From positions 448,001 through 512,000 of the forward strand of contig CAVYNH010000006.1 of assembly GCA_963769885.1 (NCBI GenBank): 64,000 nt of DNA, read 5' to 3'. A model generated the notes under the pieces. That model had not been told where the DNA came from. It saw nothing but the letters and a program-made list of their open reading frames with translations, and did no database searches. This document shows, one piece after another, positions 20,415-30,985 of the stretch; the stretch's first letter is position 1; every line of letters begins with the position of its first letter. Both the position numbers and the translations under genes were made by a program. This DNA comes from Methanobacteriota archaeon. GTDB taxonomy: Archaea > Thermoplasmatota > E2 > DHVEG-1.

Positions 20415-21433
20415 TCGACCACCGAGCCGAAGGTCAGCTGCTCATGATCCCACTGATCCTGCCAAAGCTCTTTGCACGGACAGGCGAGATCGTCAAAGAC
20501 AGAGGGATCTTGATGCAGGGAGAACGCGCTGATCGCATCCAATATTTTCTTGTCGCACTCCCCGCAGTTATGTGGCCCTCGCTGGCTACCGCCGCCAACT
20601 GTGTCGCATTTGAGATGACCGGGGAAAAGCTGATGACCCTGCCGCAGCACCTCGACCAGCGTCCAGAGCCAGGGAGGGCGGTATTCGTCCCGGCGCCAGA
20701 GGAACTCGACAAGCGTGTGCCGCTGAATCGTGACTGGGTTCAAAGAAACAACATTGGTCAAAGGCGCAATAGCTCGAATACTCTCAATATTGTCTTCACC
20801 GGCCTCCTGCTCGGTGAGGAACGGGGGCTTTGATAGTAGATAGGTTTTCACCGACATCCTTTGCTTCTTCAAGAGGAGCGCGGCGGCCTTATACTGTTCG
20901 AAGGAAAACCCCTTGTTGATGGCATGCTCGCGGACGAAGTCGTTTGCGGTCTCGAGGCCGATGCCGATTTCGAAGACACGCGGATCAATACTCTTATGGA
21001 TCTGTTCCAGGGCCTCTGCGGTAATATATTCAGGGCGTGATTCCACTGCGATTTTTGAGGCTTTGGAGAATGCCGTGAGGATTGCTTCCCTCGATTTTTT
21101 TGAGAGCTCGCAATCATCGAGGAAGCTTCCTGAATTGAAGATCTTCACCAGAGGCTCACCGTGGTAGTCTTTTAGGGCGGCCTGGATCTGCTTTTCGATG
21201 TTTTCATCCGTGACCGGTCCTGCGGCGCTGTCGTTACCGTAGCCGCACATGGTGCAGCCGGAGTGATGCGCCCAGGAGCATCCAGGGGTGACGAAGATGA
21301 CGACAAACGCGTCGACAACCTCACTGTCCAGACAATCCTTCTCCGTCCACCAGCGGACCGGCCGGGTTACGGAGACTCGGTCGTGTGGGCGGGAGGCTTG
21401 GAAGGTCTTGCAGAGGTCCGACAGTTGGCTCAT
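20393..21433 (-). CDS. Archaeosine biosynthesis radical SAM protein RaSEA
   Basis: GCSW....GCTMCGY, IFNSGSF, VESRPEY, GLETAND, INKGF, YRPPWLW, RGPHNC. Confidence 0.9.
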   Translation of the reverse strand: MSQLSDLCKTFQASRPHDRVSVTRPVRWWTEKDCLDSEVVDAFVVIFVTPGCSWAHHSGCTMCGYGNDSAAGPVTDENIEKQIQAALKDYHGEPLVKIFNSGSFLDDCELSKKSREAILTAFSKASKIAVESRPEYITAEALEQIHKSIDPRVFEIGIGLETANDFVREHAINKGFSFEQYKAAALLLKKQRMSVKTYLLSKPPFLTEQEAGEDNIESIRAIAPLTNVVSLNPVTIQRHTLVEFLWRRDEYRPPWLWTLVEVLRQGHQLFPGHLKCDTVGGGSQRGPHNCGECDKKILDAISAFSLHQDPSVFDDLACPCKELWQDQWDHEQLTFGSVVDWSRWKA

Positions 21434-22557
21434 TTCTTGTGTTTCTTCTTGCGGAGGACGAGGATGACGAGGGTGAGCGCACCGAGGGCGACGAGGACCT
21501 CGAAGCCGGGGGTGACCCCCTGGATGGTGGGCTTCGGCAGGGCGTAGTTCGGCGTGGGGTCAGCGGTGGCTCCAATCGCCGAATCAGTGCCCGTCGAGAA
21601 GGGGTAGGGGAGGCTGGAGGTGACGTTGTTGGCGTAGCGTATGGGGCTGTTGAGGAAGTAGTGGGTGGCCTCGGCGTAGAGTCGGATGCTGAGGTTGCTG
21701 TTTGGCGTCCAGCCGTGGAACTCGGGGGTGGTCTGGTAGTGTTCTGCGTCAATGCGGGTGGCGTTGATTTCGGCGCCGTTGTTGATGCGGTAGTAGACGC
21801 GGAAGTTCTCCTTGCTGATGCGGGGGTCTACCCTGATGGAGATGATGTCGCCGCTCTTAATGCCGAGGGGGCTTGAGGAGGTGATACTGAGGGTGTCGTT
21901 TGTGTAGGTGAAGTTGCCAGTGACAATGGTATGGTGTCCGCTGGGGTCGGCAGCGGTGAGGGTGCAGTTGTAGGTGCCCAGGGTCGTGGTGTTTTGGGTG
22001 TAGAGGAATTGGAGGACGCCGTTTTGGTATGAGGTTGTCGGTGTATGTGTTTGTCCTTGGGGGTCGGTGTAGGTGAAGGTGACGGATTGGACTTTGACGT
22101 TGTCGGTGATGCTGGCGGCGATGAGGATGGTGCCCCCTGGTGTCTGGGTGCCGGGGAGGGCGACGGCTTGGATTTGGGGGGGTTCGCTGTCGTAGAAGGG
22201 TGGGTTGACGAGGACGATGAGGATGAGGAGCCAGGTGAAGAAGTAGGTGGCGATGGCGGTGAGCCATTTGCTGCGTCCGAAGTCGGTGAGGTCGATGTTG
22301 AGTCTGGTGAAGAGGTAGCGGAGCCAGACGGTGTTGACGAGGGCGAAGAGGAGGATGAGTTCCCATTGGAGGAAGTTGCCGGTGAGGAGGGTCCAGAAGC
22401 CGAAGCTGATGAGGGCGATGAGGATGCCGAGGAGGAAGCTGATGAAGATGGTTTTGATGTTGCGTTTTTCTTTGGTGATGAATTTTTGTTCGTCGAAGGG
22501 GGGGATTTTGAAGTCTGGTTCTTCGGTGGGGGCTTCTTCTTTGTAGCGCTTTGCCAT
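21430..22557 (-). CDS. Membrane protein with Ig-like ectodomain and PGF-CTERM sorting signal
   Basis: N-terminal TM helices; C-terminus TPGFEVLVALGALTLVILVLRKKKHKK. Confidence 0.8.
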   Translation of the reverse strand: MAKRYKEEAPTEEPDFKIPPFDEQKFITKEKRNIKTIFISFLLGILIALISFGFWTLLTGNFLQWELILLFALVNTVWLRYLFTRLNIDLTDFGRSKWLTAIATYFFTWLLILIVLVNPPFYDSEPPQIQAVALPGTQTPGGTILIAASITDNVKVQSVTFTYTDPQGQTHTPTTSYQNGVLQFLYTQNTTTLGTYNCTLTAADPSGHHTIVTGNFTYTNDTLSITSSSPLGIKSGDIISIRVDPRISKENFRVYYRINNGAEINATRIDAEHYQTTPEFHGWTPNSNLSIRLYAEATHYFLNSPIRYANNVTSSLPYPFSTGTDSAIGATADPTPNYALPKPTIQGVTPGFEVLVALGALTLVILVLRKKKHKK

Positions 22558-22625
22558 GTGAGGCCCTGAAGCCGTCACTGTTTAAAAATGTTGTTTCAGT
22601 GGTTCTTCCTGGCGGCGTGGTGGGG

Positions 22626-24128
22626 TTAGAGGAATTCGATGCTGGTGGGGAGTGTGTCGAGGTAGCGGGTGAAGCCTTTGGGCCAGTGGTCGGGGTTGAG
22701 GCCTTTCTGGGCGAGGAAGGCGGCGGTCCAGCGCTCTAAGCCGATGCCGCTGCAGCCGCTCCAGAGCGCACTTTTCTGTGCTTTGATGGTGAAGGCGCTG
22801 ACGTATTTGTCGCCGAGGATGCTGAGGTTCTGGAATTCAAGCCATTCGCTGTCTTTTCTGGTGCCGCGGTAGGGCATGTAGGCTTCGAAGTCCATGGTGC
22901 CGGTTTCTTGGTTGCCGGTGTCGCCTGCTTTTCCGGCTTGTTGCATGTACCAGGGGGTGACCCAGGCCATGCGCCATTCGAGGTCGAAGACGTCGTTGAA
23001 GACGTGCTTGTAGCGGTCGAGGAGTTTTTCGCGCAGGTCAAGGAGCTGCTCTCGGGTGCCGATGTAGACGGGTTCGATGCGGTGGAACTCGTCGACGCGT
23101 TCGATGCCGTGCCGTCCGCCGGACTCGTACCGGCCGCTGATGGCGGTGCGGTCGTAGACCAGGACCGGGAGTGAGGAGTCGGCGATGGTCTTTCCTTTGA
23201 AGCTCCAGTAAATCATGGGGCATTGGGCGTAGCAGATGCCGGCGGTCGGGGGGCTGAGGTTTTTCATGAGGAGGTCGGTGGGGATGTCTTTGGTGATCTT
23301 GGTGTGGTCGATGAACTCCTGCCAGGGTTCGACGTCGCGGGTCGCAGGCTCAGCGACGTAGTAGATCTCCATGGGCATGCCTTCGAGGTGGCCGGTCTTC
23401 AGCCAGATGTCGAAGGGGACGATGTGGGATTCGATGACTTCCTGGAAGCCGAGGGGCTTGAGGACTTCGTCGATGGCGATGCGTTCCATGGTCTTGAGGA
23501 TGGCGGCGGCCTGGGGGCGGTAGAACCATTTGCCTTTGGTGGGGCCTTGTTTGAGCCAGCCGCGCTGCTCCATCTCCTCGGTGGGGTCCTTGGCCCAGGC
23601 CGGTTTTTTCTCCGGGGATGCCCAGATGAGTTTCCAGAACTCGGCCTTGCCTTCGTAGAACTGGTTGTCGACCTTGTCCTTGACCACGGTGATCATGCGG
23701 TCGATGTAGTTGCGCTGCAGGAACTCCTCCGTCGCATCTGTTAGGGTGAGCGTCACGGTCTTGTCAGTGATCTGAACGGAGGCGAAGGGGATGGTGACCG
23801 GTTTGAGCGGGGCGTGCTCCAGCTCGAAGGTGATGGTGTACTGGGGGATGGTGATGGACCGGACGCCGAGGTGGTGCGACTTGCCGAACTGGGCGCCGAG
23901 CGCGTTCTTCACCTGCAGGAGCGCGTTGTGCGGCCGCAGGCCGGTCTCCGAGACGATCGTGAGGTGCAGGGTCTTGTCCTTGATCGTCCACGACTCAATC
24001 AGCGCGGTCCGGTTCGGATCCTTCGATAACAGCGTCTCATTGGTCCGGATGAGGAACGCGGTCAGATCCTTCTGAAGGGGTGTGAGGTCCGTGCTGAAGG
24101 AAAGGATTGCGTGCAGTTCGAATTTCAT
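22626..24128 (-). CDS. serS: Serine--tRNA ligase, methanogen (type 2) form
   Basis: RPHNALL N-domain, YAQC, RYESGG..GIERVDEFHRIE, WLEFQN, SGCSGIGLERW. Confidence 0.9.
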   Translation of the reverse strand: MKFELHAILSFSTDLTPLQKDLTAFLIRTNETLLSKDPNRTALIESWTIKDKTLHLTIVSETGLRPHNALLQVKNALGAQFGKSHHLGVRSITIPQYTITFELEHAPLKPVTIPFASVQITDKTVTLTLTDATEEFLQRNYIDRMITVVKDKVDNQFYEGKAEFWKLIWASPEKKPAWAKDPTEEMEQRGWLKQGPTKGKWFYRPQAAAILKTMERIAIDEVLKPLGFQEVIESHIVPFDIWLKTGHLEGMPMEIYYVAEPATRDVEPWQEFIDHTKITKDIPTDLLMKNLSPPTAGICYAQCPMIYWSFKGKTIADSSLPVLVYDRTAISGRYESGGRHGIERVDEFHRIEPVYIGTREQLLDLREKLLDRYKHVFNDVFDLEWRMAWVTPWYMQQAGKAGDTGNQETGTMDFEAYMPYRGTRKDSEWLEFQNLSILGDKYVSAFTIKAQKSALWSGCSGIGLERWTAAFLAQKGLNPDHWPKGFTRYLDTLPTSIEFL

Positions 24129-24214
24129 GGGATGCCAGTCCGAATCCCTCCCGGCTACTTAATGCTTATTCATCCATTTGAAGCAGAAGACGGCACGAAA
24201 GAATACTGGCGGGC

Positions 24215-24451
24215 CTACTGTTCTGGCTCCTTTTTTCTCACCACGCCCTCCGCCACCGACACGCACGCCAGATAGTCATCCACGGTGTGCAGCAGCGACG
24301 ACACCGTCGACGCTGACATCGATGCTACGAGGCGGTTCCCGGTCACTGTTGACCTGACGAACCCCTCATCATCAAGCCGTACTGACTCAAGTACCCGATG
24401 CGCCTCCTCCGCCGACCGGAATTCAAGTGACAGCGTGCACTCCACCGTCAT
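24215..24451 (-). CDS. pcc1: KEOPS complex subunit Pcc1
   Basis: 78 aa, SLLHTVDDYL motif, conserved position after rps15-DHH. Confidence 0.85.
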   Translation of the reverse strand: MTVECTLSLEFRSAEEAHRVLESVRLDDEGFVRSTVTGNRLVASMSASTVSSLLHTVDDYLACVSVAEGVVRKKEPEQ

Positions 24452-25794
24452 CCCTTCACCTGCCCGACCAGGATACGGTCCGTCTTCTCCAAAAACTCCG
24501 CCTCGCGATCACGCGCGATCGTCGCCCCAGCCGCGATCTTATGCCCCCCGCCGTGACCGCCGAGCTCACCACCGACCTGATGCATCGCCGCCCCCAGATC
24601 CAGCCCGCGGTTCACCAGATCTCGGTTCCCCCGGCAGGACACATGCAGCTCGTCATCCTTCCGCGTCAACGCGAACAGCGCCTTATCCGACCCGCAGACG
24701 TACATCGCCGCGATTCCCGCGATGACGCCGCCCAGCGACGAATCATCACTGATGAAATACCGCAATCCTTGGCGCTCGGTCATCGACCCTGGCAGCGCCC
24801 GCAGCGCCGCCAGGATCTTCCCTCGGTACTCCCGTTCGACCGCCTCCGCCATCGACCACACGCCCGCGCCTCCAAGGCAGACCGCCAGCCCGATCCCGCG
24901 ATGCCCGGACTTCCCACAGGCATCGACCACGTCCGCCAACCGCTCCAGATCATAGGGGACAGCCGGGGATCGATACCGCGGCGAGATCATCAAATCCAAC
25001 GCTTCCTTAATGCACCCGGCTTTCATACACAACAGAACCAGGTAGGACTGCAATCGCATGAGCGTATCGCCGCCGAGGTTGTCTACCGGCGTTCCGGGCG
25101 GGATGCCGAGCCGTTGGAGAAGCGCGGCGACCGCCTCCTTATCCCCGGAGATTCCCGGGAAATAGGGGTCGATCGACCAATACAATGCGTCACTCACCGT
25201 CTGGCCCTCAAGCTTGATGCGGGTTTTTTGCGTGACCAGGCCACTGCTCATCGCGCCCTGCACGATATCGCGGTTCACTCCTTGGAACCCGCCCATATGC
25301 TGCCGGTCCCCGATCGCGCCAGACACGGCAAGCCCCACGAGGTCAGCGTTCCCAGGGTTGACCATGGTCGCAAACAGATACGACAGCGTCGACCCACAGA
25401 CCGCATAGTTCCCATCAATCCCGCACAGATTCGAATTCACCTGGATGACCTTGTCTGAGGGCGACTTCGTCTCCGGCTGGTGATGATCCAGGATGATGCT
25501 CTTTCCTTTCAACTTCTCGATGCTGTCCAACTGCCCGCTCCCCATGTCGGAGAACAGGATGAGCGGGTCGTCCTCGGTCATGAGCCGGTCGAACCCCTTC
25601 GTGAACGGGTTGCGCATGAGGGTGGCGAAGAAGTCGTATCCCTCGCGAATCAGCATCCGGCAGAGGATCGCAGCCGCGGCGGTCCCGTCCGCGTCATAGT
25701 GGGAGACCACGCGGACGCGGGTGGACGGGGGAAAAGAGCGGAGAAGTCGGGCCGCTTCTTGGAGCCGGGCAGTAAGGTCCTCTGGCATGGTCAC
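24448..25794 (-). CDS. DHH family phosphoesterase (RecJ-like)
   Basis: HYDADG, DMGSG, LDHH, GAIGD, GGGHKIAAG. Confidence 0.9.
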   Translation of the reverse strand: MTMPEDLTARLQEAARLLRSFPPSTRVRVVSHYDADGTAAAAILCRMLIREGYDFFATLMRNPFTKGFDRLMTEDDPLILFSDMGSGQLDSIEKLKGKSIILDHHQPETKSPSDKVIQVNSNLCGIDGNYAVCGSTLSYLFATMVNPGNADLVGLAVSGAIGDRQHMGGFQGVNRDIVQGAMSSGLVTQKTRIKLEGQTVSDALYWSIDPYFPGISGDKEAVAALLQRLGIPPGTPVDNLGGDTLMRLQSYLVLLCMKAGCIKEALDLMISPRYRSPAVPYDLERLADVVDACGKSGHRGIGLAVCLGGAGVWSMAEAVEREYRGKILAALRALPGSMTERQGLRYFISDDSSLGGVIAGIAAMYVCGSDKALFALTRKDDELHVSCRGNRDLVNRGLDLGAAMHQVGGELGGHGGGHKIAAGATIARDREAEFLEKTDRILVGQVKG

Positions 25795-25854
25795 CCCAAA
25801 TGAATCGGGACACAGGTCCCTGGAAAAGAAAGGAAAACGCTCCTTTCCAATGGT

Positions 25855-26310
25855 TTATTCGAAGAGGAGCTTGGCTTGGTCCAGGCTGTACTTCCAGCCC
25901 TCGGGCAGACGGCCTTCGCGCAGGTAGTACTTGGACAGCCGGCGGATCTTGGACTCGGTGAGCTGCAGGTTGCGCTTGCTCTTGAGGTCTTTTTTGTACC
26001 CATCGATGTGCTTCTTCAGCTTCAGCGCGGTGCGGATCAGGGCCTGCAGGTCCTCGGGGATCTCCGGACGCATCTTATTCTGCTCCAGGATCTTGCTGAC
26101 AGTCTTGCCGGTGGCGACTTTGACGTCCGGGACCGCGTACTGGTCGCGGAGGATCATGCCGATCTGGCTTGAGGTCTTCTCCCCCTTGGCCAGCTCCACG
26201 ATGCGCGTTTCGATCTCCCGGGGGTTCAGTGCGCTCCACTCCGGGTGTTTTTCGCGTAGGGGACGGGTCGAGCCGGATTTGCCTTTCCGGCGAGAATGTA
26301 TTCGCGCCAT
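25855..26310 (-). CDS. rps15: 30S ribosomal protein uS15 (S15/S13e)
   Basis: MARIHSRRKGKSGSTRP, IGMILRDQY, PEDL, ESKIRRL. Confidence 0.97.
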   Translation of the reverse strand: MARIHSRRKGKSGSTRPLREKHPEWSALNPREIETRIVELAKGEKTSSQIGMILRDQYAVPDVKVATGKTVSKILEQNKMRPEIPEDLQALIRTALKLKKHIDGYKKDLKSKRNLQLTESKIRRLSKYYLREGRLPEGWKYSLDQAKLLFE

Positions 26311-26356
26311 TTACAAGCACTCCACTCTGATAGGGAACTCCCTAATCGGCTTCTTC

Positions 26357-26364
26357 TATATAAA
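26357..26364 (-). promoter_or_regulatory. TATA box of the rps15 operon
   Basis: TTTATATA on the minus strand, about 47 nt upstream of the start codon. Confidence 0.6.
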
Positions 26365-26496
26365 CGTAGAGGTCACGGCACTGCCTTCTCTTTTTTCTTT
26401 CCATCTCTTGTCCGCGAGGTCGCGTCTTAAAAATAGTCAGGGAAAGTGATAAATAGCTCGAGGTCATATTAAAAAGTAGGTTAGGGAGGACATACA

Positions 26497-27297
26497 ATGC
26501 GAAATGTCTTAGCCATTAGTAGTCTATGTGTTGGAGCTGTCATCATCCTCGCCGGGTTCACCCCCGCTCTCGCGTTAAACCCTCAAACAACCCAGACCGC
26601 ACTCGTCCCCATCGTGGTGGCGCAATACTTCGGAAGCGGACCTGTGTCCTCACGGACTATGGTCACCCCTGCCGATGCCGACAAGATTCAAGCCCTCGCC
26701 TCAGAGCTGTCCCTTGCACTGGACCGCCGTGACATGAGAGCGGCCGCCGACTGCGTAAACGCCCTTAAAGACCTTGGAATCGCGTTCGGGCCGGCGTTTC
26801 TGCCACTGATGAAATCCCAGGATACCCTATCCCGTCTTCCGGCGCTACTAGGGCATCAGGCCAGCACAGGCCCTGACGAGAACCTGTCCAACTCCGCCTG
26901 CATCCTCAAAGCTATCGGGGAAGGAATGATGATCGGCCCGATCGCAGAAAATTTCATCAAACAAGTCGCGGAAATCCTCCACAACGCCTCGGGGGTGCTA
27001 GAAGCGTTGGTTCTCCTTCTCGTCTTCCTGCCCTTAATCGTCCTTTTCATCCTCTTCAATGCCCTCATCCCGTTCCGCATCTTGATGCCGCATGGAACAC
27101 TCGTGTTGGCAAATGGCACGATCTCCACCCGAGGGGCTGAAGGATATAAAAAAGTGGACGTCGGCGCGAACCACGCCCAAGTCAACGTCACCACATTCAC
27201 AGGGATCACCCTGAACATCATCCCAATCAACAATCGCACGGGATTCTGCTTCATCCTCGGCTTCGCAGGAAAAACAGAAGGATTCATCGAAGACTAA
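26497..27297 (+). CDS. Hypothetical exported/membrane protein
   Basis: Signal peptide, central hydrophobic hairpin, C-terminal FTGI..FILGFA, GGAGG RBS, T-rich terminator. Confidence 0.75.
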   Translation: MRNVLAISSLCVGAVIILAGFTPALALNPQTTQTALVPIVVAQYFGSGPVSSRTMVTPADADKIQALASELSLALDRRDMRAAADCVNALKDLGIAFGPAFLPLMKSQDTLSRLPALLGHQASTGPDENLSNSACILKAIGEGMMIGPIAENFIKQVAEILHNASGVLEALVLLLVFLPLIVLFILFNALIPFRILMPHGTLVLANGTISTRGAEGYKKVDVGANHAQVNVTTFTGITLNIIPINNRTGFCFILGFAGKTEGFIED

Positions 27298-27529
27298 GTA
27301 CCGCACCCCTTCGAAGTCCACCCCCCCTTCTCTTTTTTTCTTTTCTTTCAATGCTTCAAAGAAAGATCCTTCCATGGCGCCCTCACCGCCAACAATCTAC
27401 TAGCCGAACCAAAAAAGCAGGACCAAAAAAGCCCCTGATCGACACCAGGCGTCACAATCATTAACGATCCCCCCTCACACACCACCAACCCAAGTCTTAA
27501 ATAAACTCACCCCAATTCCACAGCCCACC

Positions 27530-28012
27530 ATGACCCAACCACAACCAACATTCCCCGCCCAGCTCCACACCACCCCCGTCAAAGACCACATGACCCCCCG
27601 CCGCGCCCTCACCACCCACACCCACGACACCCCCGCCCCCACCATCTGCGACACCATCCTCACCCACGGACACACCTGGATCCTCGACGACGCCGACACC
27701 CTCACCGGCATCATCACCACCATCGACACCCTCCCCATGTTCACTCCCCCCGCCGGCACCCACGACTACGACATCCCAAGCCCCAAATCACTCTCCTACG
27801 GACTTGCCCTCACCGCCGCCGACCTTATGACCAGCCGACCAACGACCATCCGCGCCACCGACCCCCTCAGCCACGCCGCCACCCTCATGAAAGAACTCCA
27901 CATCAACCAACTCCCCGTCGTCGACGACACCAACAAACTCCTCGGAGAAATCACCAGCGAACAGATCCTCAGCCTCTACCTTACCACCCAACACGCACCG
28001 ACCGACCAATAA
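27530..28012 (+). CDS. CBS domain pair protein
   Basis: VKDHMT, LTGIIT, AADLMT, INQLPVVD..LLGEIT. Confidence 0.8.
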   Translation: MTQPQPTFPAQLHTTPVKDHMTPRRALTTHTHDTPAPTICDTILTHGHTWILDDADTLTGIITTIDTLPMFTPPAGTHDYDIPSPKSLSYGLALTAADLMTSRPTTIRATDPLSHAATLMKELHINQLPVVDDTNKLLGEITSEQILSLYLTTQHAPTDQ

Positions 28013-28062
28013 AGCAAACTATTTATTTTTCCAGCCAATCAGACCAACAGACAGGATGAGCG

Positions 28063-29550
28063 ATGACCCTCGACATCTATAACTCCCTCTCCCGGGCCAA
28101 AGAACCCTTCACCCCCCTCCACGACAACACCGTGAAGATGTACGTCTGCGGCATGACCGTCTACAGCGACGCCCACATCGGCCACGCCCGCACCTACGTC
28201 GCCTTCGACGTCATCCGCCGCTACCTCCAATACAAAGGCTACACCGTCACTTATACCCAAAACATCACAGACGTCGACGACAAGATCATCGCAGCCGCCC
28301 AAAAAGAAGGCATCGACCCCCTCGTCTACTCCCAGAAATACACCAAGCGCTGCCTTGACGACTTCTCCGCGCTCGGCGTCCGCCCCGCTGACCTCTACCC
28401 CAAAGCCTCCGAGAACATCCCGGCGATGCTCACCATGATTGAGCAAATCCTCGCCAAGGGCTACGGGTACGTCGCAGGCGGCGACGTCTACTTCTCCGTT
28501 GAATGCTTCGAACAGTACGGGAAGCTCTCAGGCCAGCGCCGCGAGGAGATGAAGGCCGGCGCCCGCATCGAGTCTGGCGACCTGAAGCAAAACCCGCTGG
28601 ACTTCGCGCTCTGGAAAGCGGCGAAACCAGGAGAGCCATCCTGGCCATCGCCCTGGGGCCCGGGGAGACCCGGCTGGCACATCGAATGCTCGGCGATGAG
28701 CGGAAAGTACCTCGGACTCCCCTTCGACATCCACGGCGGGGGCATGGATCTGCGGTTCCCTCACCATGAGAACGAGATCGCCCAGGCGGAGGCCGCGACC
28801 GGCAAGCCGTTCGCGCGATTCTGGATCCACGTCGGCCTGCTAACCATCAACGGCGAGAAAATGTCAAAATCCCTTGGGAATTACATCACCATCCGGGACC
28901 TCATGGCGAAATGGGACCCTGAAGTAATCCGGATGTTTTTCGCGCAAGCACATTATCGGAGTCCACCGGATTTCACAGAGAAGGCGCTTGCGGATGTCGC
29001 GAAAAGCCTTGAGCGGCTCCAACGAGTCAAGGAACGATTAGAGGATGTAGTCTCCACTAAAAGTGGGCCAGCTCGTCCTTCCATTTGCGAAAAGGAATTC
29101 TCATCATGTATCGATGCGTTGAAGATTGAGTTTTCAGCGGCGATGGACGACGATTTCAATACCCCACGGGCCTTCGCCGCGCTGTTCGAGTTCGTGAACA
29201 AAGCGAACAAGTACTTCGACGAGGAAAAGACGCCGTCTTCATCCCTCTGCCGACGTGCACTCGACCTATACCTTCATGCGGGGGGTGTCCTCACGCTGTT
29301 CCAACCCAAGCAGGTGGCACCAACGATGGATGATACGTCGTTGATTACTTCTCTTCAGGCGTTAGCCCGGCAGTATCATGCAGCATCCGCCGCATCGGTG
29401 GAGAGTCTCATCGATGCACTCCTGCAGGCTCGGGCCTCGGCTCGGGCGCAGAAGCACTGGCCGATTGCGGATGGCATCCGCCGGGACCTTGAAAAACTCG
29501 GCTTTGAGATTCAAGATACGGATCGCGGTCCGGTCTGGAGGAGACGATAG
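28063..29550 (+). CDS. cysS: Cysteine--tRNA ligase
   Basis: YVCG.TVY..AHIGH, DFALWK, GRPGWHIEC, FPHHENE, KMSKS. Confidence 0.97.
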   Translation: MTLDIYNSLSRAKEPFTPLHDNTVKMYVCGMTVYSDAHIGHARTYVAFDVIRRYLQYKGYTVTYTQNITDVDDKIIAAAQKEGIDPLVYSQKYTKRCLDDFSALGVRPADLYPKASENIPAMLTMIEQILAKGYGYVAGGDVYFSVECFEQYGKLSGQRREEMKAGARIESGDLKQNPLDFALWKAAKPGEPSWPSPWGPGRPGWHIECSAMSGKYLGLPFDIHGGGMDLRFPHHENEIAQAEAATGKPFARFWIHVGLLTINGEKMSKSLGNYITIRDLMAKWDPEVIRMFFAQAHYRSPPDFTEKALADVAKSLERLQRVKERLEDVVSTKSGPARPSICEKEFSSCIDALKIEFSAAMDDDFNTPRAFAALFEFVNKANKYFDEEKTPSSSLCRRALDLYLHAGGVLTLFQPKQVAPTMDDTSLITSLQALARQYHAASAASVESLIDALLQARASARAQKHWPIADGIRRDLEKLGFEIQDTDRGPVWRRR

Positions 29551-29553
29551 CGC

Positions 29554-29964
29554 ATGAAGCGTATACTCGTAGGATTTGATGGATCTGAAGGTGCTGAGAC
29601 GGCGCTGAATAAGGCAATGGAGGTTATCGACGAGAACGGTGAGCTAGTGCTGTTGGCGGTGGTCCCGCTGCCGTCTGAGAAGGACCTGCTGGATCCGCAT
29701 AACGTGCAGACGCTGCGGAACCGGGCGAACAGCATCATCGCCACCGCGGTCCGCGACGTCGGGTGCCATGAGTTCGTTATCAAGGGGATGGTGCGCGAGG
29801 GTGAGGACATCGCCTCGGTCATCATCGATGCGGCCAGCGAGCTGCACGCGGAGGCGATCTTATTGGGGAGTCGAGGCTCCAGTCAACTTGGCCGCTATCC
29901 GATTGGCAGCGTGGCGAATAAAGTGGTGCAGTTCGCGAAAATACCTGTGATGGTCTGCCGCTAA
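29554..29964 (+). CDS. Universal stress protein
   Basis: ILVGFDGS, LGSRG, IGSVANKV. Confidence 0.9.
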   Translation: MKRILVGFDGSEGAETALNKAMEVIDENGELVLLAVVPLPSEKDLLDPHNVQTLRNRANSIIATAVRDVGCHEFVIKGMVREGEDIASVIIDAASELHAEAILLGSRGSSQLGRYPIGSVANKVVQFAKIPVMVCR

Positions 29965-29978
29965 TACCGTCTCTTTGG

Positions 29979-30566
29979 CTATTTTCCCTTGCTTTGGTGG
30001 GCGCGGATGCTGGGGCGGACTTTTTCGGCGCCTTTGCCCTTGTACATCAAGCCGCGGCCTTTCTGTCCGGCGCTGGTCTTACCGCGTAGGACGCGGCGGC
30101 GGTTAGGGAAGGCGCTGATCCAGTTGATGACGGGGTCGTTTACAATTGCGGGGTGGGCGGGGTCGACGAGGATGACTTCATAGAAGTGGTTGGCGCCGTC
30201 TTTGCCGACCCAGTAGGAATTGAGGACCTCGAGGTTCGGGAAATGGGAGGCGGTGCGTTCCTCAGCGATACGTTGGACACTCTTGGCGGGGGTGAGCTTT
30301 TTGATTCCTCGTGCGGATGGTTTGCGGCCGCCTTTGATTTGGTGGCGGTGGAGGCCGCCGTGGCGGACGCGGGCGCGGACGATGACATAGCCTTGTTTTG
30401 CCTTGTAGCCGAGGGATCGTGCGCGGTCGATGCGGAGCGGTCGGTCGACTCGGAGGAAGTTTTCCTCAGTCCGCCATTGGATGAGTCTGTTTTTCTGTGG
30501 GGATTGGTAGGAGGTGTCTGGTTTTTTCCATTGGTCGCCGATGTAGTCGTATACGCTTTTTGCCAT
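29979..30566 (-). CDS. rpl15e: 50S ribosomal protein eL15
   Basis: [38 protein letters not shown]. Confidence 0.97.
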   Translation of the reverse strand: MAKSVYDYIGDQWKKPDTSYQSPQKNRLIQWRTEENFLRVDRPLRIDRARSLGYKAKQGYVIVRARVRHGGLHRHQIKGGRKPSARGIKKLTPAKSVQRIAEERTASHFPNLEVLNSYWVGKDGANHFYEVILVDPAHPAIVNDPVINWISAFPNRRRVLRGKTSAGQKGRGLMYKGKGAEKVRPSIRAHQSKGK

Positions 30567-30985
30567 GGTATATCGCCATCCTCTGGGAGGGACTGGTGGG
30601 TAGAGGCATAGGAAGGGGAATGTTTATTTAAAACTTTTGTCGGCTCAGGATGAATGATGACCATGAACCGCCCTTCCGTGAGGCTGTATCCCTTAGACGT
30701 TTGTACGCGCCATCTTGTGCTTCACTTGGACGTTATTTTGAGCGGGAATTGTTGGTGGAGATTCAGGTGAGGGTGTGTATGTTCGCATGGAGATCGGTGA
30801 AATACCCCAAGTGCTCTCAAGATCGAGGGAATCGTTTGCCTTCCCCCTATATACGTGCCAAATCTCAGAATCGCCAAGATACGTAATATTTATCAAAATC
30901 TACAATGATTTCTCCTGAAAAGTAAAAATACATAGTTTTAAATATTTAGCAAACTTTAATTGTAGGTAGTACAGGAGGCTATGAT

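Noticed and set aside
30650-30900. ATGATGA box C-like motif and short ORFs between rpl15e and the FG-GAP gene
   Set aside because: No box D within C/D sRNA distance, and the ORFs lack features.
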